Below, in pieces: positions 48,856 to 60,094 of a stretch of 64,000 nucleotides of DNA. The stretch comes from an uncultured Nitrospiraceae bacterium. GTDB lineage: Bacteria; Nitrospirota; Thermodesulfovibrionia; Thermodesulfovibrionales; UBA6898. The position numbers and the translations under genes are program-made. The stretch spans positions 480,001-544,000 of the forward strand of contig CAWEQH010000001.1 in NCBI GenBank assembly GCA_963811165.1. Reading direction: 5' to 3'. Numbering within the stretch: the stretch's first letter is position 1; each line of letters opens with the position of its first letter. Under the pieces are notes generated by a model. It worked only from the letters and a program-made list of their open reading frames with translations. It did no database searches and had not been told where the DNA came from.

Positions 48856-50118
48856 ATGGGAAAGGTACTCCTTAAAAATATAGAAAATCCAAACTCTGCG
48901 GATATAAACGAATATATAAAGGCAGGCGGCTACAGGAGTCTTCCGAAGGCGCTCGGTATGGTGCCCAAGGAGTTGATAGAAGAGGTCAAGAAGGCCGGTT
49001 TGAGGGGCCGGGGCGGAGCAGGGTTCCCGGTCGCCATGAAGTGGACCTTTGCCTCTGCAGACCCCAAATTCCCAAAGTACCTTCTGTGCAATGCAGACGA
49101 GGGTGAGCCGGGAACCTTTAAGGACAGGCCGATACTCGAAAAGAACCCCCATCTTCTTATCGAGGGGATGGCTATTTCAGGGTTTGCGCTCAGCGCTGAA
49201 TACGGTTATATATATCTCAGGGGCGAATATCCTGCCGCAAAGCATATCTTGAAAAGGCGATCAGCCAAGCCTATGAAAAAGGTTTCCTCGGGGACAATGT
49301 TGCGGGCAAGGGAGTGAAATTTCACCTTGCGGTACATCAGGGCGCCGGGGCTTACATATGCGGCGAGGAGACGGCGTTGATCGAGTCCCTCGAAGGCGAC
49401 AAGGGGCAGCCGAGGATCAAGCCCCCTTTCCCGGTGAATGTAGGTGTATTTTGCGAAACCGACTGTCGTCAATAATGTCGAGACCCTTTCGAATTTGCCG
49501 TATATCATCGAGATCGGCGGGGAGGCGTATGCGAAGATAGGAAGCCCCGACTGTCCCGGACCCAAGATCTATTGCGTCTGCGGACATGTGGAAAAGCCCG
49601 GAGTGTATGAGCTGCCAATGGGGACCAATCTTAAGGATATTATCTACACGCATTGCGGCGGGATAAAGGGAGGCAAAAAGTTGAAGGCGGTCATCCCCGG
49701 CGGGATATCGACGCCGGTGCTTCCCCCGGACAAGATAGATTGTCCCATGGACTTCGTAAACATGCCGAAACACGGCAGCATGCTGGGCTCCGGCGCCGTG
49801 ATTGTCATGGATGAGACGGTCTGCCTCGTCAAGGTCTGCTATAGGGCACTCAAATTTTTCGAGCATGAATCATGCGGCAAGTGTTCGCCGTGTCGTGAAG
49901 GGACAGGATGGTTGAGGAAGATATTGGGAAGGATCGATAGCGGAGAGGGCACGGAAGGAGACATTGATCTTTTGCTGTCCATCTCAGCGAATATGCTCGG
50001 GAAGACCTTCTGTCCTCTAGGGGACGGGGCAGCATCTGTTGTACAGAATTTCATTAAACATTTCAGGTCCGAATTCGAGGATCATATCAGAAATAAGGCC
50101 TGCACAGTAGCAGGATAA
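48856..50118 (+). CDS. nuoF: NADH-quinone oxidoreductase subunit F (frameshifts ~49255, ~49450)
   Basis: [49 protein letters not shown]. Confidence 0.92.
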
Positions 50119-50128
50119 CGGACAATCG

Positions 50129-52711
50129 ATGATAAAAGTAACGATCAACGGAAAAGAGATAACCCTTGAAAAAGCGGTCACGGTACTTGAGGCTGCCAGG
50201 TCAGCCGGGATCAAGATTCCGACGCTCTGCTATCATGAGCAGCTTGAAAAGTACGGCGGCTGCAGATTATGCCTTGTGGAGGTCGAGAAGATGCCGCGTC
50301 TTCAGACCGCTTGTACCCTGATGGTCACAGACGGCATGACCGTCAGGACTGAAACCGAGGCGATCACGAATGTAAGAAGGAGCATACTCGAATTTCTCCT
50401 TATCAACCATCCGCTTGACTGCCCTTACTGCGACAAGGCCGGCGAATGCGAACTTCAGGACCTGGTCGAAAAGTACGGTCCTGCAACGAGCCGCTTCAAA
50501 GAGGCCAAGAGAAAAGTGCCTGAAAGCCTGGAAGACCCTGTCATTGTCAGGAATATGGAGAGATGCATAGTTTGCACAAGATGTGTGAGGATGTGCGAAG
50601 GCGTTCAGGGTGCGGCGGCCATAGCCGTCATAGACAGAGGCGGCCACTCCCATATCGAACCCTTCTCGGGCGGCAAGTTCGATTGTGAATACTGCGGCAA
50701 TTGCGTTTCTGTCTGTCCGGTGGGAGCCATAATGTCGAGGCTCCACAGACACAGTTACAGGCCATGGCAGATGGTAAATGAAACTGAAACAATATGCCCT
50801 TACTGCGGGGTCGGTTGTACCCTCATAGTGCAGGTCCGCGATGATGTCATAAAAAGGGTCGTCCCCCGGATAGGTACGGCAGTCAATAACGGACTTCTCT
50901 GCTCCCGCGGACGGTTCGGCTACGAGTTCGTCGGACATAAGGACAGACTCACTTCGCCGCTGATTAGAAAGAACGGCGTCCTTGAAGAGGCGACATGGGA
51001 AGAGGCCATCAGCCTCGTTGCCAAAAAACTTGGAGAGATAAAGGGAAGTTTCGGAGGCTCTTCGATCGCGGGGATAGCCTCGCCGAGGTGCACAAACGAG
51101 GACAATTACGTTTTCCAGAAGTTCATGAGGGTCACCCTCGGGACTAACAATATAGACAGCACCGCCAGGACAGGGTATGCAGGGGCGCAGGGCTTTATCG
51201 AGAATATCTTCGGGCAAGGGTCTACGGCAAATCTTATCCCCGGTATTTCAAAATCCGATGCCGTCTTTGTCGCCGGAGGCGATCCGACTGCGATAAACCC
51301 TATACTGGGGCTTCAGATAAGGGCCTGTTCAAGAAAGGGAGGAAGTATTCTCACGGTGGGCCACATAAAAGGGCTCAGGCATTATACGCCCGTGGAATTG
51401 AGGCCTTCACTCTTTTCGGAAGCTGTCTTGCTCGAGGGGATCGTATCGGCCCTGAAGGACAAGAAAGGTCTTCCAGGAGCGAATCAGATCCTGGAGGAAA
51501 AGATAAAAGATATCGCTGTCTCCTCCGCAGATGTCGTTAAAAGTTGCGGCGTTTCGGAAAAAGACTTTACCGCATTCATCGACAAGCTCTCGGGCTCCTC
51601 TAACGCGTCGGTAGTTATCGGCAAAGAAATCGTCCAAAGCGACGGCGGTAATTATAAGCTCCTGCTTTTGGCGGCGATTACGTATCTCATAAACGGCAGG
51701 GTCTATCTGCTTTCCGAGCGTGCGAACGAACAGGGGCTTTTAGACATGGGGTGCGCGCCGGACCTTCTGCCTGGATACAGGCCGCTCGGATACGCCGAAT
51801 TCAGAAAAAAGTATGAAATAGTATGGAAGACCCCGGTCCCGGAGCGGCCCGGTCTTACGATATTTGAAATGATCGGGGCCGCAAAGAGCGGATCCTTAAA
51901 GGCGATGTACATAATGGGCGAGAACCCGGTGTTCAATCTGCCGAACTCTAAAGAAGTAGAGGCCGCGCTCAAGAAGGTCGATTTCCTCGTCGTGCAGGAC
52001 ATATTCCTTACCGAAAGCGCCAAACTGGCCGATGTGGTGCTTCCTGCCCTCAGCTGGTCGGAAAAGAACGGCACTTACACAAACATGGAAAGAAGGATCC
52101 AGCGCCTTAGAAAAGCGGTGGGCCGCGAAGGCATGGAGGACTGGAGAATCATTTCGGAGATTTCAAAAAATATGGCCTCCAAGATGCACTATGCGGACGC
52201 AGAGGACGTTTTTTCCGAGATAAGTAAGGTCTCTCCTCTGCACAGGGACCTCTCCTATGGCGAGATAGGAAAAGAAACCGCAATATATCCTTATAAGGGA
52301 GAGCCTCTCAGGGGCGTTACAGGAGAGATCCGGGCAGAGAAGAGCAGTTCTGTCGCAGTGGCGGGTAAACTCTATCTGAGACTCGAAAGACCTTTGTTCC
52401 ACTCAGGGACACTCAGCAGAAAGGCTCAGGCGTTAGTAAATATATATGCCGCGGCAGTGGCGAGGATAAGTCCGGCCACGGCAGACAGGCTAGCCCTAAA
52501 CGAAGGCGATGTCATTAAAATATCGACGGTGCCCGGGTCCCTGGACCTCCCGGTGGCTGTCGATAAGGATGTTGATGATTCTGTGGTAATGCTGACGAAC
52601 AATTTTGAGGGCAAGGGGGCATTCAGCCTGATAGAATATTCGATCGACCCTGTTACAAAGGCCCCTGTCATCGACGGAAATGTCGTAACGGTGGAGAAGG
52701 TGGGCAGATGA
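50129..52711 (+). CDS. nuoG: NADH-quinone oxidoreductase subunit G
   Basis: GGCRLC, HPLDCPYCDKAGEC, 2x[4Fe-4S], CPYCGVGC; operon position. Confidence 0.93.
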   Translation: MIKVTINGKEITLEKAVTVLEAARSAGIKIPTLCYHEQLEKYGGCRLCLVEVEKMPRLQTACTLMVTDGMTVRTETEAITNVRRSILEFLLINHPLDCPYCDKAGECELQDLVEKYGPATSRFKEAKRKVPESLEDPVIVRNMERCIVCTRCVRMCEGVQGAAAIAVIDRGGHSHIEPFSGGKFDCEYCGNCVSVCPVGAIMSRLHRHSYRPWQMVNETETICPYCGVGCTLIVQVRDDVIKRVVPRIGTAVNNGLLCSRGRFGYEFVGHKDRLTSPLIRKNGVLEEATWEEAISLVAKKLGEIKGSFGGSSIAGIASPRCTNEDNYVFQKFMRVTLGTNNIDSTARTGYAGAQGFIENIFGQGSTANLIPGISKSDAVFVAGGDPTAINPILGLQIRACSRKGGSILTVGHIKGLRHYTPVELRPSLFSEAVLLEGIVSALKDKKGLPGANQILEEKIKDIAVSSADVVKSCGVSEKDFTAFIDKLSGSSNASVVIGKEIVQSDGGNYKLLLLAAITYLINGRVYLLSERANEQGLLDMGCAPDLLPGYRPLGYAEFRKKYEIVWKTPVPERPGLTIFEMIGAAKSGSLKAMYIMGENPVFNLPNSKEVEAALKKVDFLVVQDIFLTESAKLADVVLPALSWSEKNGTYTNMERRIQRLRKAVGREGMEDWRIISEISKNMASKMHYADAEDVFSEISKVSPLHRDLSYGEIGKETAIYPYKGEPLRGVTGEIRAEKSSSVAVAGKLYLRLERPLFHSGTLSRKAQALVNIYAAAVARISPATADRLALNEGDVIKISTVPGSLDLPVAVDKDVDDSVVMLTNNFEGKGAFSLIEYSIDPVTKAPVIDGNVVTVEKVGR

Positions 52712-53763
52712 ACGATATCCTTAATGCCATGACTACGTCGGGATTTCTTGCCACGGCAATTAATATCGTTTTCATTCTCCTGAAGATCGCAGCCGTCATC
52801 GCGGTGGGTCTCCTCCATGTCGCTTACGCAACCTATTTTGAGCGCAAAGTCATGGCACATATGCAGGTAAGGATAGGTCCAAGGGAAGTTGGTCCATTGG
52901 GTTTGTTCCAGCCCTTCGCAGACGGAATAAAGCTTTTTTTCAAGGAGGACATCATCCCCCAAAATGCGGACAAACCGTTGTTTTATCTTGCTCCTGTGAT
53001 ATTCTTTGTCTCTGCGCTTACTTCCCTGTCTGTGCTGCCTTTTTTTGACGGGTTCGTGATAGGCAACATAAACATAGGACTCCTTTTCCTCTTTGCAATG
53101 TCTTCACTTGGCGCATACGGTATCGTTCTTTCGGGATGGTCATCGAACTCTAAGTATGCTTTTTTGGGGGGGCTCAGGTCTGCATCCCAGGTGATAAGTT
53201 ATGAAATCTCCATGGGGCTTAGCCTGGTAGGCGTCATGATGATGTCAGGGTCGCTGAACCTGATGGACATCGTGAGGGCTCAGCACCATTATCCTTTGGG
53301 CATGTTTGCAGTACCACAGTTCCTTGGCTTCTTTGTATTCATAGTTGCGGCCTTTGCGGAGACGAACCGGCTCCCCTTCGACCTTCCTGAGGCGGAAAGC
53401 GAGCTCGTTGCCGGCTATTTCACCGAATACAGCGGCTTCCGTTTTGCCATGTTCTTCCTCGGCGAATACACGGGCATGCTGGTGATGTCATCTATCGCGG
53501 CCCTCTGCTTTTTGGGGGGGTGGGCACTTCCGGATTTCATTACGGCCAGCTTACCTGTTTTTCTTGCCAAGGCCCTCGGGCTCTTTTGGTTCCTTTTTAA
53601 AGTGTATGCCTTTATGTTCCTCTATTACTGGGTTAGATCGACACTGCCGAGATACCGCTACGACCAGCTTATGGCGATCGGATGGAAATTGCTTATCCCT
53701 CTGGCGCTCGCAAACATCGTAATTACGGGGCTGGCAAAAATGTGGTTTAAGGGATTACTATGA
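52708..53763 (+). CDS. nuoH: NADH-quinone oxidoreductase subunit H
   Basis: ERKV.A.MQ.RIGP, AETNRLPFDLPEAESEL. Confidence 0.97.
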   Translation: MNDILNAMTTSGFLATAINIVFILLKIAAVIAVGLLHVAYATYFERKVMAHMQVRIGPREVGPLGLFQPFADGIKLFFKEDIIPQNADKPLFYLAPVIFFVSALTSLSVLPFFDGFVIGNINIGLLFLFAMSSLGAYGIVLSGWSSNSKYAFLGGLRSASQVISYEISMGLSLVGVMMMSGSLNLMDIVRAQHHYPLGMFAVPQFLGFFVFIVAAFAETNRLPFDLPEAESELVAGYFTEYSGFRFAMFFLGEYTGMLVMSSIAALCFLGGWALPDFITASLPVFLAKALGLFWFLFKVYAFMFLYYWVRSTLPRYRYDQLMAIGWKLLIPLALANIVITGLAKMWFKGLL

Positions 53764-54320
53764 AATCGGGAAAATTAATAAGGACGATATTCTTTGTAGA
53801 GATTTTAAAAGGTCTTGCCTTTACCTTAAAGACTATGTTGTTCACCAAGCCTGTCACGAGGCGGTATCCAAAAGTCGCTGTGCCGGCACTTCCGGGCTTC
53901 AGGGGACTGCACGCCCTTGCAAAAAACGCTGAGGGAAAGTTGAAGTGCGTCGGCTGCGGTCTCTGCGGCGCCTATTGTCCCTCAAAATGTATCCATATCT
54001 ATACATCTGAGGGCGAAGATCATGCCAAGGTCGTCGACAGGTATGAGATAGATGTGCTCAGGTGCATCTTCTGCGGATTCTGCGTAGAAGCGTGTCCCTT
54101 CGGGGCGATCACCCTGAGCGAGCACTATGAATATTCGAATTATAAGAGAGAAGATTTCTATATGACAAAGGACAAGCTCCTTGGGAACTGGGATAAATAC
54201 TTTGCGGGGCCGAAGGGCGAACGTTATTTTAAAGATTTCTGGCAGCCCAAGTCTGAAAATTTTACCGGAAGCGAAGGACAGGCGATGTTCAGCAAAGTGA
54301 AAGTGAAGGAGAAGAGATAG
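53760..54320 (+). CDS. nuoI: NADH-quinone oxidoreductase subunit I
   Basis: FRG.H, CVGCGLC..YCP, CIFCGFCVEACP. Confidence 0.96.
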   Translation: MKSGKLIRTIFFVEILKGLAFTLKTMLFTKPVTRRYPKVAVPALPGFRGLHALAKNAEGKLKCVGCGLCGAYCPSKCIHIYTSEGEDHAKVVDRYEIDVLRCIFCGFCVEACPFGAITLSEHYEYSNYKREDFYMTKDKLLGNWDKYFAGPKGERYFKDFWQPKSENFTGSEGQAMFSKVKVKEKR

Positions 54321-54323
54321 GAA

Positions 54324-54836
54324 ATGCTGCCTAAATTGTTCTTTGGATATTTTGCCGTGGTGATCACCGTCCTTTCTGTCCTTGTGGTGACAAGGAGAAA
54401 CCCCGTCCACAGCGTCATGTGGATGCTCGTTCTCTTTTTCAACCTCGCAAGCATGTACCTCTTCCTCGATGCCGAATTTATTGCGGCGATACAGGTGATA
54501 GTCTATGCCGGGGCGATACTCGTCCTCTTCCTGTTCGTCGTTCTTCTTCTGAACCTTAGGGAAGAGTTGTTGGCAAACCGGTTTATAGGCTCCTGGCCTG
54601 CCGGGCTGGTTATCGCACTGGCACTACTGGGCGGCATCGGTTTTGCCGTGAGTTCCTTTGTGCCCGGTATTTCAGGGAGGTATACGATCGACTATATACA
54701 GAAAGAGACCTTCACGAAGGTCTTGGGGCAAGTCCTTTACACCGAATATCTTTTTCCATTCGAGATCGCTTCTTTAATCCTGCTGATCTCGATTATAGGA
54801 GCCATCGTGCTTGCAAAGAAAAGGACGGGGGCTTAG
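54324..54836 (+). CDS. nuoJ: NADH-quinone oxidoreductase subunit J
   Basis: NPVHS, QVIVYAGAILVLFLF, PFEIAS. Confidence 0.95.
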   Translation: MLPKLFFGYFAVVITVLSVLVVTRRNPVHSVMWMLVLFFNLASMYLFLDAEFIAAIQVIVYAGAILVLFLFVVLLLNLREELLANRFIGSWPAGLVIALALLGGIGFAVSSFVPGISGRYTIDYIQKETFTKVLGQVLYTEYLFPFEIASLILLISIIGAIVLAKKRTGA

Positions 54837-54839
54837 CGC

Positions 54840-55142
54840 ATGGTCCCCTTACACTGGTATTTAATGCTGAGCGCTGCGGTTTTTACGATAGGCGTATTCG
54901 GATTTCTTACGAGGAGAAATATCATTATCATGTTTTTGTCCATAGAACTCATGCTTAACGCGGTCAATATCAGTCTGGTGTCTTTCAGCCATTACCTTCA
55001 GGATATGAGGGGCCTGATCTTGGTCTTCTTTATTGTTACGGTTGCGGCGGCCGAGGCGGCGATAGGGCTCGCGATTATCATAGCCCTCTTCAGGAACAAG
55101 ACCACTGCCAATGTCGATGAAATGAACGAGATGAAGGGATGA
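54840..55142 (+). CDS. nuoK: NADH-quinone oxidoreductase subunit K
   Basis: [21 protein letters not shown]. Confidence 0.96.
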   Translation: MVPLHWYLMLSAAVFTIGVFGFLTRRNIIIMFLSIELMLNAVNISLVSFSHYLQDMRGLILVFFIVTVAAAEAAIGLAIIIALFRNKTTANVDEMNEMKG

Positions 55143-55152
55143 AAGGAAGGAT

Positions 55153-57072
55153 ATGCATAATTATCTGCTGATACCCTTTTTACCGTTTGCGGCATTTCTG
55201 ATCAATATCCTCTTTGGCCGTGGCATCATAAAAGACAAGGCCCACTGGGTCGCGATCATCGCCGTGGCCGGTTCCTGGGTAGTTTCCGTCGCCACGCTCC
55301 TCGATGTGATGTCCGGGAAGACATTGAACGAAAACCTCTATACGTGGATATCGTCGGGAGGGTTCCAGGTATCTGTCGGTTTCCTTATCGACCAGCTCAC
55401 TGTGGTGATGCTTATCGTAGTCACCACATGCAGCACGCTTATCCATATATACTCCGCAGGCTATATGCACGGCGACAAGGGATATTACCGCTTCTTTTCG
55501 TACCTGAGCCTCTTCACCTTCTGCATGCTCATGCTGGTTATGGCGAATAATTTTCTTCAGCTCTATTTCGGCTGGGAGGGCGTAGGTCTTTGTTCCTACT
55601 TCCTCATCGGCTATTATTTCAACAAGAAGTCCGCCTCTGACGCCGGGAAAAAGGCGTTCATCGTAAACAGGTTCGGCGATTTCGGGTTCGGCCTCGGAAT
55701 CATTATGATATTCCTCACCTTCGGCACGGTATACTATGAGCCTGTTTTCAGCCAGGCTGGAGCTTTTGCGGCAAAGACCGTGAACTTCCTGGGCTACGAT
55801 GTCCACCTCATGACCCTTATTGCGCTGCTCCTTTTTTGCGGTTCGGTGGGTAAGTCGGCCCAGATGCCGCTTCACGTCTGGCTGCCGGATGCGATGGAAG
55901 GCCCGACGCCGGTCAGTGCCCTCATCCATGCCGCTACGATGGTGACCGCGGGCGTATTCCTCGTTGCCCGGTGTAACGCGATATTCAGCCTCTCCGAAAT
56001 CGCTTTGACCGTGGTCGCCCTGGTCGGTGCGATAACATCTCTGTTTGCGGCGACTATCGGTCTTGTACAAAACGATATAAAGAGGATAATCGCTTACTCG
56101 ACGATAAGCCAGCTCGGCTATATGTTTCTCGCTTGCGGCGTGGGAGGATATACTGCCGGTGTATTCCATCTGTATACGCATGCCTTTTTCAAGGCCCTTC
56201 TCTTCCTCTGTGCCGGCAGCGTTATGCATGCTATGGCCGGAGAGCTGGATATACAGAAGATGGGCGGATTAAAGAAATATATGCCTGTCACGTATCTGAC
56301 TATGTTTATCGCATCGCTGAGTATCTCCGGTGTCCCCGGATTTGCCGGATTTTTCAGTAAGGACGAGATTCTCTGGCTCGCCTATTCCAGTCCAAACCCG
56401 GCAGGCAGGCTCGTTTGGCTCATCGGGACCTTTGTTGCCTTCCTTACCGCGCTCTACTCATTCAGGCTTATATTCCTTACCTTCCATGGGAAGTTCCGCG
56501 GCACTCATGAGCAGGAGCACCATCTGCATGAATCTCCGAAGTCGATGACGATTCCGCTGATACTCCTCTGTGTTGGGGCTGTTGCTTCGGGCTGGGTCGG
56601 GATACCGCATCTGCTTGGAGGCGGGGCGCACTTCACAGAATTCATGAACCCGGCGCTGGGACATTCTGAAGGCCACGGTACCAATGCTGAAGAATGGATG
56701 GTGATGGCAGTCTCAATTATTGCGGGCCTCTCCGGAATAGGGCTTGCCTATTTCATGTATCTCAAGAGGACGGACATTCCTGTCAAACTTGCGGAGCAGT
56801 TCCGGGGCGCACACAGGATCCTTTTCAATAAATATTATGTCGATGAGTTATACAGTTTTATACTGATAAGGCCTACGATCTGGATAGCCAAAAACGTCCT
56901 AATCGGGATCACTGACGCGAAGGTGATAGAGGCGATAGTCAACGGGGTCCCCGCTGCTATCGGAGGGTTCAGCAGGCAGTTACGGAAGGTGCAGACCGGA
57001 TTTCTTCATCACTACGCAACGATAATGGCGACGGGCATACTGATAATAGTTGCCTGGATGCTACTGAGGTAG
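55153..57072 (+). CDS. nuoL: NADH-quinone oxidoreductase subunit L
   Basis: GKSAQ.PLHVWLPDAMEGPTPVSALIHAATMVTAG. Confidence 0.97.
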   Translation: MHNYLLIPFLPFAAFLINILFGRGIIKDKAHWVAIIAVAGSWVVSVATLLDVMSGKTLNENLYTWISSGGFQVSVGFLIDQLTVVMLIVVTTCSTLIHIYSAGYMHGDKGYYRFFSYLSLFTFCMLMLVMANNFLQLYFGWEGVGLCSYFLIGYYFNKKSASDAGKKAFIVNRFGDFGFGLGIIMIFLTFGTVYYEPVFSQAGAFAAKTVNFLGYDVHLMTLIALLLFCGSVGKSAQMPLHVWLPDAMEGPTPVSALIHAATMVTAGVFLVARCNAIFSLSEIALTVVALVGAITSLFAATIGLVQNDIKRIIAYSTISQLGYMFLACGVGGYTAGVFHLYTHAFFKALLFLCAGSVMHAMAGELDIQKMGGLKKYMPVTYLTMFIASLSISGVPGFAGFFSKDEILWLAYSSPNPAGRLVWLIGTFVAFLTALYSFRLIFLTFHGKFRGTHEQEHHLHESPKSMTIPLILLCVGAVASGWVGIPHLLGGGAHFTEFMNPALGHSEGHGTNAEEWMVMAVSIIAGLSGIGLAYFMYLKRTDIPVKLAEQFRGAHRILFNKYYVDELYSFILIRPTIWIAKNVLIGITDAKVIEAIVNGVPAAIGGFSRQLRKVQTGFLHHYATIMATGILIIVAWMLLR

Positions 57073-57079
57073 GCATATA

Positions 57080-58618
57080 ATGGAACAGGCAATGACAAAC
57101 AGTTTGGGATTCCCGATTTTAAGCACCTTGATATTCCTGCCTGTCGCAGGCGCGGCACTTTTGCTTCTGATACCCAGGTCCCGGGAGGGGCTCATTAGAG
57201 CTTTCACACTTGCCTTAAGTGTAATAACATTTATCATTTCGCTTCCGCTCTTTACTAAATTCGATAAGTCTACTCACGTCATGCAGTTTGTCGAACGGCA
57301 TCAATGGATACCTGCCTGGAACGTCAATTATTCCCTCGGGTTAGATGGAATAAGCATCCTCTTTGTTCTGCTTTCGACGCTTGTTATTATCTTGTGCGTG
57401 CTCATATCGTGGAATGCGATAAAGACGAAGACGAAGGAGTTCTATATTTCGCTCCTTATCGTGGAAGGGGCGATGATCGGAGTATTCTGCTCTTTGGACT
57501 TCTTCCTGTTTTATATCTTCTGGGAGGCGATGCTCATTCCCATGTATCTTCTGATTGGTGTATGGGGCGGGCCAAACAGGGTCTATGCCGCCGTGAAGTT
57601 CTTCCTTTATACCCTTGTGGGAAGTGTGCTGATGCTGGTTGGAATAATCGTGCTTTATTTTTACTCCGGAAGGACCTTTGACATTGTGGAACTGTCCACC
57701 CGCACATATCCTTATGAGATGCAGCTCTGGCTTTTTTGGGCCTTCTTTGCCGCTTTTGCGGTCAAGGTCCCCATGTTCCCTGTCCACACCTGGCTCCCGG
57801 ATGCACATACTGAAGCCCCTACGGCAGGCAGCGTGATACTTGCCGCCGTACTTATAAAAATGGGGGCCTACGGTTTCCTGCGGTTCTCCCTCCCCATCCT
57901 GCCCGAGGCTTCAAGGGCGATGACCCCCGTAATGCTGGTATTATCGGTGATTGCGATCATTTACGGCGGGGTGATCTGTCTCGCCCAGACTGATCTCAAG
58001 CGGCTTATCGCCTATAGCTCGGTAAGCCATATGGGCTTTGTAACACTCGGGATCTTTGCACTCAATATACAGGGAATGGAGGGGGGTATCCTCCAAATGG
58101 TGAACCATGGAATCGTCACCGGCGCCCTCTTTTTAAGCGTTGGCGTCATCTACGACAGGACTCATACCAGGCAGATTGCGGATTACGGCGGAGTAGCTTC
58201 GGTGATGCCTCTCTATGCTTCTTTATTCATCGTCTTTACCCTTGCGTCGATTGGTCTGCCGTCTACAAACGGCTTTATAGGAGAGTTCCTGATAATTTTG
58301 GGAGGGTTCACCGCGAACCAGTGGGCCGGTGTTCTCGCCGCGACGGGTGTCATTATCGGCGCCGGATATATGCTGTGGCTCTATCAGAGGGTATTTTTTA
58401 TGGAGACGAACCCGAAGGTCGCTGCCCTTCATGATATTGACGCGAGGGAGATTATCACCCTTCTTCCAATGCTTGTGTTGATATTCTGGATAGGCATCTA
58501 TCCGGACACCTTTCTGGGGTTCCTGCACAAGTCGGTGGAGCATCTTATCGACAGAGTGAATACGGGCGGCATGCACGGGCCGACGATCGCCAAAACTATC
58601 ACAGAGGTTATCAAGTGA
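57080..58618 (+). CDS. nuoM: NADH-quinone oxidoreductase subunit M
   Basis: KVPMFPVHTWLPDAHTEAPTAGS, AYSSVSHMG. Confidence 0.97.
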   Translation: MEQAMTNSLGFPILSTLIFLPVAGAALLLLIPRSREGLIRAFTLALSVITFIISLPLFTKFDKSTHVMQFVERHQWIPAWNVNYSLGLDGISILFVLLSTLVIILCVLISWNAIKTKTKEFYISLLIVEGAMIGVFCSLDFFLFYIFWEAMLIPMYLLIGVWGGPNRVYAAVKFFLYTLVGSVLMLVGIIVLYFYSGRTFDIVELSTRTYPYEMQLWLFWAFFAAFAVKVPMFPVHTWLPDAHTEAPTAGSVILAAVLIKMGAYGFLRFSLPILPEASRAMTPVMLVLSVIAIIYGGVICLAQTDLKRLIAYSSVSHMGFVTLGIFALNIQGMEGGILQMVNHGIVTGALFLSVGVIYDRTHTRQIADYGGVASVMPLYASLFIVFTLASIGLPSTNGFIGEFLIILGGFTANQWAGVLAATGVIIGAGYMLWLYQRVFFMETNPKVAALHDIDAREIITLLPMLVLIFWIGIYPDTFLGFLHKSVEHLIDRVNTGGMHGPTIAKTITEVIK

Positions 58619-58649
58619 GCAATACGCAACCGAGTTCCAGGAGGTTCCA

Positions 58650-60068
58650 ATGCAGTTTATGATGCCACTTAGACCGTTAACGCCCGAGATTATTATGACC
58701 GTCCTGTCGCTCGCCATCCTCTTGTCGGACCTCTTCATAAAGAGGAAAGAGACGATAGCGTTACTGAGCATAATATGTGTGTCCGCAGTGGCCTATTCCT
58801 TCAGCGGTTCCCTCGGCATTGCCTTCAATGGGATGTTCATCTCCGACGGCTACAGTATGTTCTTTAAGATTATCTTTGTCCTGAACGTCATCCTCACCGT
58901 CCTTATTTCGATAAAGTATATCGCCATCGAAAAAGTGAACCTTGGAGAATATTATAGCCTCATACTCTTTTCAACCCTGGGGATGATGATCATGGCGTCC
59001 GCAGGAGACTTGATCGTCGTTTATCTCGGCCTTGAGCTCATGGCACTGAGCACCTATATCCTTGCCGGATTTCTCCGCCACGACGTGAAATCCAATGAGG
59101 CGGCAATAAAGTATTTCCTCCTAGGCGCGTTTGCATCGGCATTTCTGCTCTACGGCACTTCCCTGATATACGGCCTGACGGGGACGACGAACCTCAAGGC
59201 CATTGCTCAGTATATCACCCTGCATGGACTAATGGGGAATCCCGCGCTTACGCTGGCGATGGTCTTTCTTACGATCGCGTTTTCCTTTAAGATTGCCGCT
59301 GTCCCGTTCCATATGTGGACCCCTGATGCGTATGAAGGCGCTCCTACATCGATCACAGCCTTTATGTCGGTTGGGCCTAAGGCGGCCGGTTTCGCGGTCA
59401 TGGGGAGGGTCTTACTTGATGCGCTTTATCCGATAAAACCCCAGTGGACGCCGGTACTCATCCCGATAGCGATACTTACTATGGGTGTAGGAAACATAGT
59501 CGCGATTTCACAGACCAACATAAAGAGGATGCTGGCCTATTCCTCAATAGCCCATGCGGGTTACGCCCTTTTGGGCATCATCGCAGGGACCGCCGACGGG
59601 CTCGCCGGCGTTATGAATTATATGATGATCTATGCCTTTATGAATATCGGGGCCTTTGCCGTTATTATCATGCTGAGGACCGAAGGGTTTAAGGGAGATA
59701 AGATCACGGACTATGAAGGGCTTTCGAAGACCCATCCGGTAATTGCGGCATTTATGCTTGTCTTCATGTTCTCTCTTACCGGGATTCCTCCGACTGCAGG
59801 CTTCATGGGGAAATTCTATCTCTTTATGAGCGCCATAAACGCCGGATACACATGGGTGGTGATTATTGCGGTAATATTCAGTGCGATATCCGCCTATTTC
59901 TATCTCCGCATAGTCATGTATATGTATATGAAAGAGCCGAAGGAGGCTGTAGCGATTACAACCTCTCCTTCAATGGGCCTGGCGCTTGCGATAACTCTTG
60001 CCGGTGTGGTAGTAATAGGCGTGCTCCCGGCCCCTGTCGTCCATCTTGCGCGCATTGCGTTTCCGTAG
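58650..60068 (+). CDS. nuoN: NADH-quinone oxidoreductase subunit N
   Basis: FKIAAVPFHMWTPDAYEGAP, KRMLAYSSIAHAGY; GGAGG RBS. Confidence 0.97.
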   Translation: MQFMMPLRPLTPEIIMTVLSLAILLSDLFIKRKETIALLSIICVSAVAYSFSGSLGIAFNGMFISDGYSMFFKIIFVLNVILTVLISIKYIAIEKVNLGEYYSLILFSTLGMMIMASAGDLIVVYLGLELMALSTYILAGFLRHDVKSNEAAIKYFLLGAFASAFLLYGTSLIYGLTGTTNLKAIAQYITLHGLMGNPALTLAMVFLTIAFSFKIAAVPFHMWTPDAYEGAPTSITAFMSVGPKAAGFAVMGRVLLDALYPIKPQWTPVLIPIAILTMGVGNIVAISQTNIKRMLAYSSIAHAGYALLGIIAGTADGLAGVMNYMMIYAFMNIGAFAVIIMLRTEGFKGDKITDYEGLSKTHPVIAAFMLVFMFSLTGIPPTAGFMGKFYLFMSAINAGYTWVVIIAVIFSAISAYFYLRIVMYMYMKEPKEAVAITTSPSMGLALAITLAGVVVIGVLPAPVVHLARIAFP

Positions 60069-60094
60069 TTTTCATCCGGGAATATTTTTTCTCC

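Noticed and set aside
46592..50118. Programmed frameshifting or true pseudogenisation of nuoC-F
   Set aside because: Too many scattered indels, no recurring slippery motif, and similar indels occur in unrelated genes; assembly error is more likely, though unproven
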